From the NCBI GenBank assembly GCA_964252035.1, contig OZ176201.1: DNA of 64,000 nucleotides; one strand, given 5' to 3'. Under the pieces are notes generated by a model that made no database searches, was not told the DNA's origin, and was given only the letters and a program-made list of their open reading frames with translations. Source of the stretch: Podarcis erhardii (taxonomy: Eukaryota). Position numbers and translations under genes: made by a program. Below are positions 59,177 through 64,000 of this stretch, one piece after another (the first letter of the stretch is position 1; each line of letters begins with the position of its first letter).

Positions 59177-60724
59177 GTGGGGCTCTGTTTGTTCATAAGG
59201 CAATTCTTGATTTCTGTCCTTTCCTGAGAATAGACCGTAAAAGTCAAAGTCCGTGGCCTCTTTTCCTCATGGCCTCTCACCCATCCTTCAGTTGCTGATG
59301 TGGCTTTGTCACCCATATGTTTTCGTTGCGTTGTACAAGTGGGAATTTCTGCTCCTCGTAAAAGGGGTTTCCAGTATCACTTGGGAAGGAATAAAACAAA
59401 AGATTGCAAGTTGCCATGGGAGGCCCAGGAATTTAAGGGCTTGGAATACCTGCTGGTGGCAATTGCCATAAGGGGATTTGGTCACTATTCAGAACCATGA
59501 TGCCTCTATGAGGGGTGTATTTGAAATCCTATCAAGAGCCAAACAATGATGTGTGAAGTGATGTAAAATTGATTTTTTGCAGAAAGTGGATTTTCCTCAG
59601 TGCCACAGTAGGGGAGGAAAGGGTTAACACACACCCCCACACGCCTGCTAATTACCAGCCACCCAGGCTGGGGCGTTTTTTCCCCCCCATAATGTGAAGA
59701 CTGCATTTAACAGACTAAACCCCAGAAAATATTACACTGACACAGAATTTTCCCAGTTCCCAAATAACATGTTGTTAAGAGAGCTTCTTACACAGGGCCA
59801 GGCATACACTGCAATTTCTGTGATTGCACTATGCAATAATTGGCAGTGGGGGCAGAATGCAGCATCCTGAGAATACAGGCTTATTTCTAACCCTAAAGCA
59901 TGGGTGGAAAGCTTGTTGCCCTCCAGATGCACTTGTTGCACTCCCTGATCACTGGTCATGTGGGCTGGCGATGATGAAAGTCGTAGTCCAAAACATTCAG
60001 AAGGCACAGGCTTGAGGGAGACGGCCTTAAAGTATTCAGGTAAAATAACAGGAGCTGTAGGGCAATTAGAGAAGGCCAATTGCCTCTCTAGAATTGCCCC
60101 ATTTTTCTTTTTTTGAGAGAAGGTGTGCCTTTTGGGACTGCCTTCTACAATATGGATGAGAAACATCCAGGGGTCAAATGCAGCACTTTATCTGCCCCTC
60201 AAGGCTTCTCCCCCCTCCCCCAGACACCTCTCCCCTGCAGACCTCCAAGTGTGGGTCCATTTAGTGTAGGCATTCCATTAAGTACTTGAGCCTAGAGCCA
60301 GTAGCAAAGCTTTGGATTGGGCCTGATAGCTCACAACATGCATAAGATGATGCTATAAATGAGTTATGCCTCCCCTTTTTCCAGGCTAGAGTAATGGGTA
60401 ACACATAATCCCAGAGGAAGACCTTTTGGCACCCATTAGAGCAGGGATAGCCAACATAGTGTGTTCTAGATATTTTGGACTACAACTCATCCATCGTCCG
60501 TGATCGTTGGCCATACTGGCTGAGGCTGATGGAAATTGTCCACAGCATATATAGGACATCTGTTTGGCCACTCCTGTGTTAGAATCACAGCAAGAAGTTG
60601 CTAACTACAGAGCTTGCCTGACTGAAACAAATACCTGCTGACTCTTGCTGCTCATACCCAGGGGTTGAGAGGCCAGACCTGCAGTACAAAAAAAATTAAC
60701 TGCTTTTTCCTTTTTCCCTTACAG

Positions 60725-60786
60725 GGGCTAAGCTACTACTTCATGGACTTTGTTCCAACACTGTTGTGAAATCCTTGGATCTGAAG
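60725..60786 (+). CDS. LRRC45: LRRC45 coding exon 2, (G)AKLLLHGLCSNTVVKSLDLK
   Basis: Acceptor ctttacag|GG and donor AAG|gtgagt. Confidence 0.95.
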
Positions 60787-61666
60787 GTGAGTCAGTTCCA
60801 CTTCCAAGTAGTGGGGTCCAGAAATGACTACAATGCAACTTTGGAATTTTGGGAATCCCAGCTATTTTTAAAGGCTGAATTCCTCTTCTTCAGGGTTGCA
60901 GAGGTACAGTTTTAAATGTAAAGGCAGGAATTCAGAATTGTAAGTCCCAGTTAATTGCTTTAAACTCTTACAGGTTCTGTGCATATGGTTTTGCATCCCA
61001 GTCCTAAATACATGTGGAACAAAGCACCAATAAGAAATAACTAGCTCCTCATTACCCTCCCCCACAAGCCAAGAGAGACAGATATTTTGCTTAAGTTGCA
61101 GCATATGATTAGCCCATACCTCAAACGTAAATAGCGTGTGTCCATGTTGCTAGGACAGACTTTTTTTTTGCAGTTTAAACGCCATGGCTTTCTCCCCAAA
61201 GGAATCTTGGAGTCTATTTATGTACTTACTAAATTTCACCCTGCTTTTCATTTCAAATAACACAAAGTAATGTACAACAGCAGAATCATAAAAATAATAG
61301 TTGATAATGAAAATAAAAACACAACACTGAATGTGAACTGTAGTCCACATTCACAAGAGCTAGTCACAACATCTTTACAAGTTTCTGACTCCCAAGAGTC
61401 CTTGGGCAAAGCCACGGTACAAAAAGTTATTTTAAAGCAGTGTTGTTTGTAGTGTAGATGTTCTTGTACCTGACGACGAGGCAAAACAAGCAGCTGAATC
61501 CCATTTAATGGGGCCCATGAGTGGGAGAGGACCGTTGTGCTCCTGGCTTGCTTAAGGGCTTCCCACAAGCATCTGAGAGCAGGATAACAGACTAAGTGGG
61601 CCTTTGGTCTGATCCTGCCGTGCTCATATGTTATCCTGTTAACTGCTGGGGCTTGGTTTGTTTCAG

Positions 61667-61737
61667 GGAAACAACCTACGATCTGTGGGGGCAGAGGCTC
61701 TGGGGAAACTGCTCAGGCAGAACAAGACAATCCAGAG
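61667..61737 (+). CDS. LRRC45: LRRC45 coding exon 3, GNNLRSVGAEALGKLLRQNKTIQ
   Basis: Acceptor gtttcag|GGA and donor AG|gtgagc. Confidence 0.95.
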
Positions 61738-62074
61738 GTGAGCAGCTACAGGGATTTTGGGGTACATCTGCTCCTTTTGGACCTTTTTGGGGGTGCACTG
61801 TGTGCATGTGTGCATCAAGTTATTTGAAATCTGACTGGGAGCAGCTTCTCCTGTTGTTGCTCAGCGAAACTGGAAAGACTGAGTGGGTTCTTTCTTGTCT
61901 CTACAAAATTATTGATTGTCACACAATATTACCTCATAAAATTGGTACTGAGTGCGAGGAAAATTAAAGGCTCCTTGCTTGGTGTATAGCCCTGTCTTAG
62001 CTGTGCCGTAACGTCTCTTGCCGAACGTGGTCTCTTTGCCTTTCTTTTTGACTCTTCCCCGCTCCCAACTCCAG

Positions 62075-62253
62075 TCTCACTTTGGAATGGAACAACGTGG
62101 GTGTGTGGGAAGAAAGCTTTGCCATTTTCTGCGAGGGCCTTGGCGCCAATGGTCACATCCAGTACCTGGATCTGCGCAATAACCAGATCAACCACCAGGG
62201 GGCAGGAGAGCTGTCCATGGCGCTGAAAGCCAATTCCAGTCTTCGGGAACTTG
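62075..62253 (+). CDS. LRRC45: LRRC45 coding exon 4, [15 protein letters not shown]...[13 protein letters not shown]...SLREL
   Basis: Acceptor actccag|T and donor G|gtaaga; leucine-rich repeats. Confidence 0.96.
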
Positions 62254-63466
62254 GTAAGACTGATCTCTCAGACTTACTTCTCTAGGCCACGCTTTCAGAA
62301 TAAAAATGTACTCATGCCACACCAAATCGATCAGCAATACATTGGAAAACACAGCTAGGATTCTCCTTAGTATTACTTGATGCTCTTGCTCTCATTTTAA
62401 AAAGATACCTATCCATATTCTAGAAATAAAAAATATATTATTTTGACACTGTATTATACCACACTGAAATGTTTAAATGTTCCTTTGATGGTCCTTGAAT
62501 CTTCCCTGCCCAGCTACATCAGTGGGGGGTGCCACACCCTTTGAGAACCACTGCTCTAAGCAGTGAAGCATCTTCCCCTTCGTGTCAGCCCTGTTCCTTT
62601 TTCAGAGAAGCGATGACTGCTCTTCTGGCTTGAGCCTTGGACTCTGCCTACTTCTGAAGGTATCTGCAGGGCATTGCATGGATGTGTCCAACCCCTGTCT
62701 GCACAGTGACCCACTTTCACCCTGGGATCGTTTGACTTCTGCACTGCAGCCACCAGATGCTACTAAGCAGCACCCGCAGAATTGCAGGAGGTGCTGAGGC
62801 AGTTGGGCATCTCACTTTGCAGATTTTGATACACTGTTCATAAAGATATAAATTTGCCCACTCTCAACCAACCAAGCCAGGGCAAGTGAAGCTTAGAACT
62901 GTACAGGTGCAGACACGGCCTTAGTGGCCTGTTCTGTTCCTTTTGTCATGAGGCCTTCAGCTGTTGAGCTTTATTGGCTGCCTGGCTGGCACCTGAAGCA
63001 ACGCATGGCAAAATACTTAAAACTCTATACACACACACACGCAAACGCAAAGTCTCGCTAGCCTGCAAAGTATCCTTACATAAGCATTTTCAAGTTGAGC
63101 CCTGTGCATAATTTGGTGCACACGTAAACCCATAGTAATTAATGGGCTTAAGCACCTCTAATTATGCATAGAATTATACTGCTCGTTTCACACACGTATA
63201 ATAAAGTATGGATCTGTTCCTTTGCTAAACTTTGCAGCAGTTCAGCAAGCATTTATCTCCCTAGTGCAAAAAAAAAGGACATGAAGGGGAATGCTACCAG
63301 AAATTAGCCTCCCAGCCCTTTTCACTGGACCCTCGATGAATTGCAGTTATAGGTAACATCCCCCCCCCCAAGTGGCCTAGTTTCAGCTGCTGGTGTGTGA
63401 AAACTTGGGAAAGCGAGAGCTTGTGTTTAACTGGTGGTCATGTGTGGTGCTTTTCTTCTTACTTAG

Positions 63467-63595
63467 ATCTGCGCTGGAATAACATTGGGCTCCTGGGGGG
63501 CCGTGCACTCCTGAATTGCCTGCATAGCAACCGGGCACTACGACAACTGGAATTGGCCGGGAACAATGTGCCCAGTGACATCCTGAAGGCTGTGG
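63467..63595 (+). CDS. LRRC45: LRRC45 coding exon 5, (D)[18 protein letters not shown]...[15 protein letters not shown]
   Basis: Acceptor tacttag|AT and donor G|gtgagc. Confidence 0.96.
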
Positions 63596-64000
63596 GTGAG
63601 CAGCTGTGCCAACCCTTTACGTGCTTAGAGTTCTACATTCAGCTGTTGCAGCGGGTTGCCCTGTACCCAACGGTCCTGTACAAGAGGTCAACATCCAGCC
63701 TGAGACCAAAGAAGACTTTCAGACAAGCTCACAGTTCTTTGAAGTTGACAGTACATCCTGGGCTGGGAGGGAGGGCAGCACATTTGCTGGGTTTTTTAAG
63801 TTTATATTATGGGCGTCTCAGAGGTAACTGGTAGGCCCCTGTTGAAAACAGAGTGTTTGGTTTACTCCAGCAGTGCTCTTTGTATGTTACACTCCCCATT
63901 TTGATGCCAGATGCACAGGGAACATACTAACAACAATTGTTGGATTTCACATTTGTGACTCTGGGACAGAACTAACCTTATTGGTCATAGGAAGCTGTAC

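Larger units (their letters stand above)
58954..63595 (+). other. LRRC45: LRRC45 gene span, 3'-partial; first 5 coding exons
   Basis: The exons join in phase. The peptide is collinear with the human LRRC45 N-terminus (MEEFRRSY..., [32 protein letters not shown]). Confidence 0.96.

Noticed and set aside
1-64000. CRISPR arrays, operons or other prokaryotic defence systems
   Set aside because: The sequence is spliceosomal-intron vertebrate DNA. The repeats are dispersed TEs and microsatellites, not regularly spaced repeat-spacer units.

Overview
Eukaryotic, intron-rich squamate genomic DNA. The Sauria SINEs ending in GGTCCCTTTACCTTTA point to a lacertid lizard (inference). Three protein-coding genes were reconstructed by hand from GT-AG junctions with consistent reading phase, in the same order as human 17q25.3. 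ASPSCR1/TUG is on the + strand: 12 coding exons from 2215 to the stop at 39547, with the N-terminal exons upstream of the window. CENPX/STRA13 is on the - strand: complete, 5 coding exons from 55010 to 47900, 82 aa. LRRC45 is on the + strand: first 5 coding exons from 58954 to 63595, continuing past the window. CENPX and LRRC45 share a CpG-rich bidirectional promoter. The rest is intronic or intergenic, with Sauria and other tRNA-derived SINEs, L1/L2/CR1 fragments, hAT- and Tc1/mariner-type MITEs, and microsatellites. No tRNA, rRNA, CRISPR or intact transposon ORF is supported, and most ORFs in the supplied track are noise or repeat-derived. I found no new protein-coding system. Three candidates for undescribed biology remain, all inference. 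(1) Clusters of optimal TCF/LEF sites in ASPSCR1 introns and the ASPSCR1-CENPX interval suggest a Wnt-responsive regulatory block, possibly acting on NOTUM. (2) A hAT MITE family disperses the same ACTACAnnTCCCA (ZNF143/THAP11-type) motif used by the bidirectional promoter. (3) Inverted Sauria SINEs flank three ASPSCR1 exons, a geometry that favours circRNA formation and A-to-I editing.
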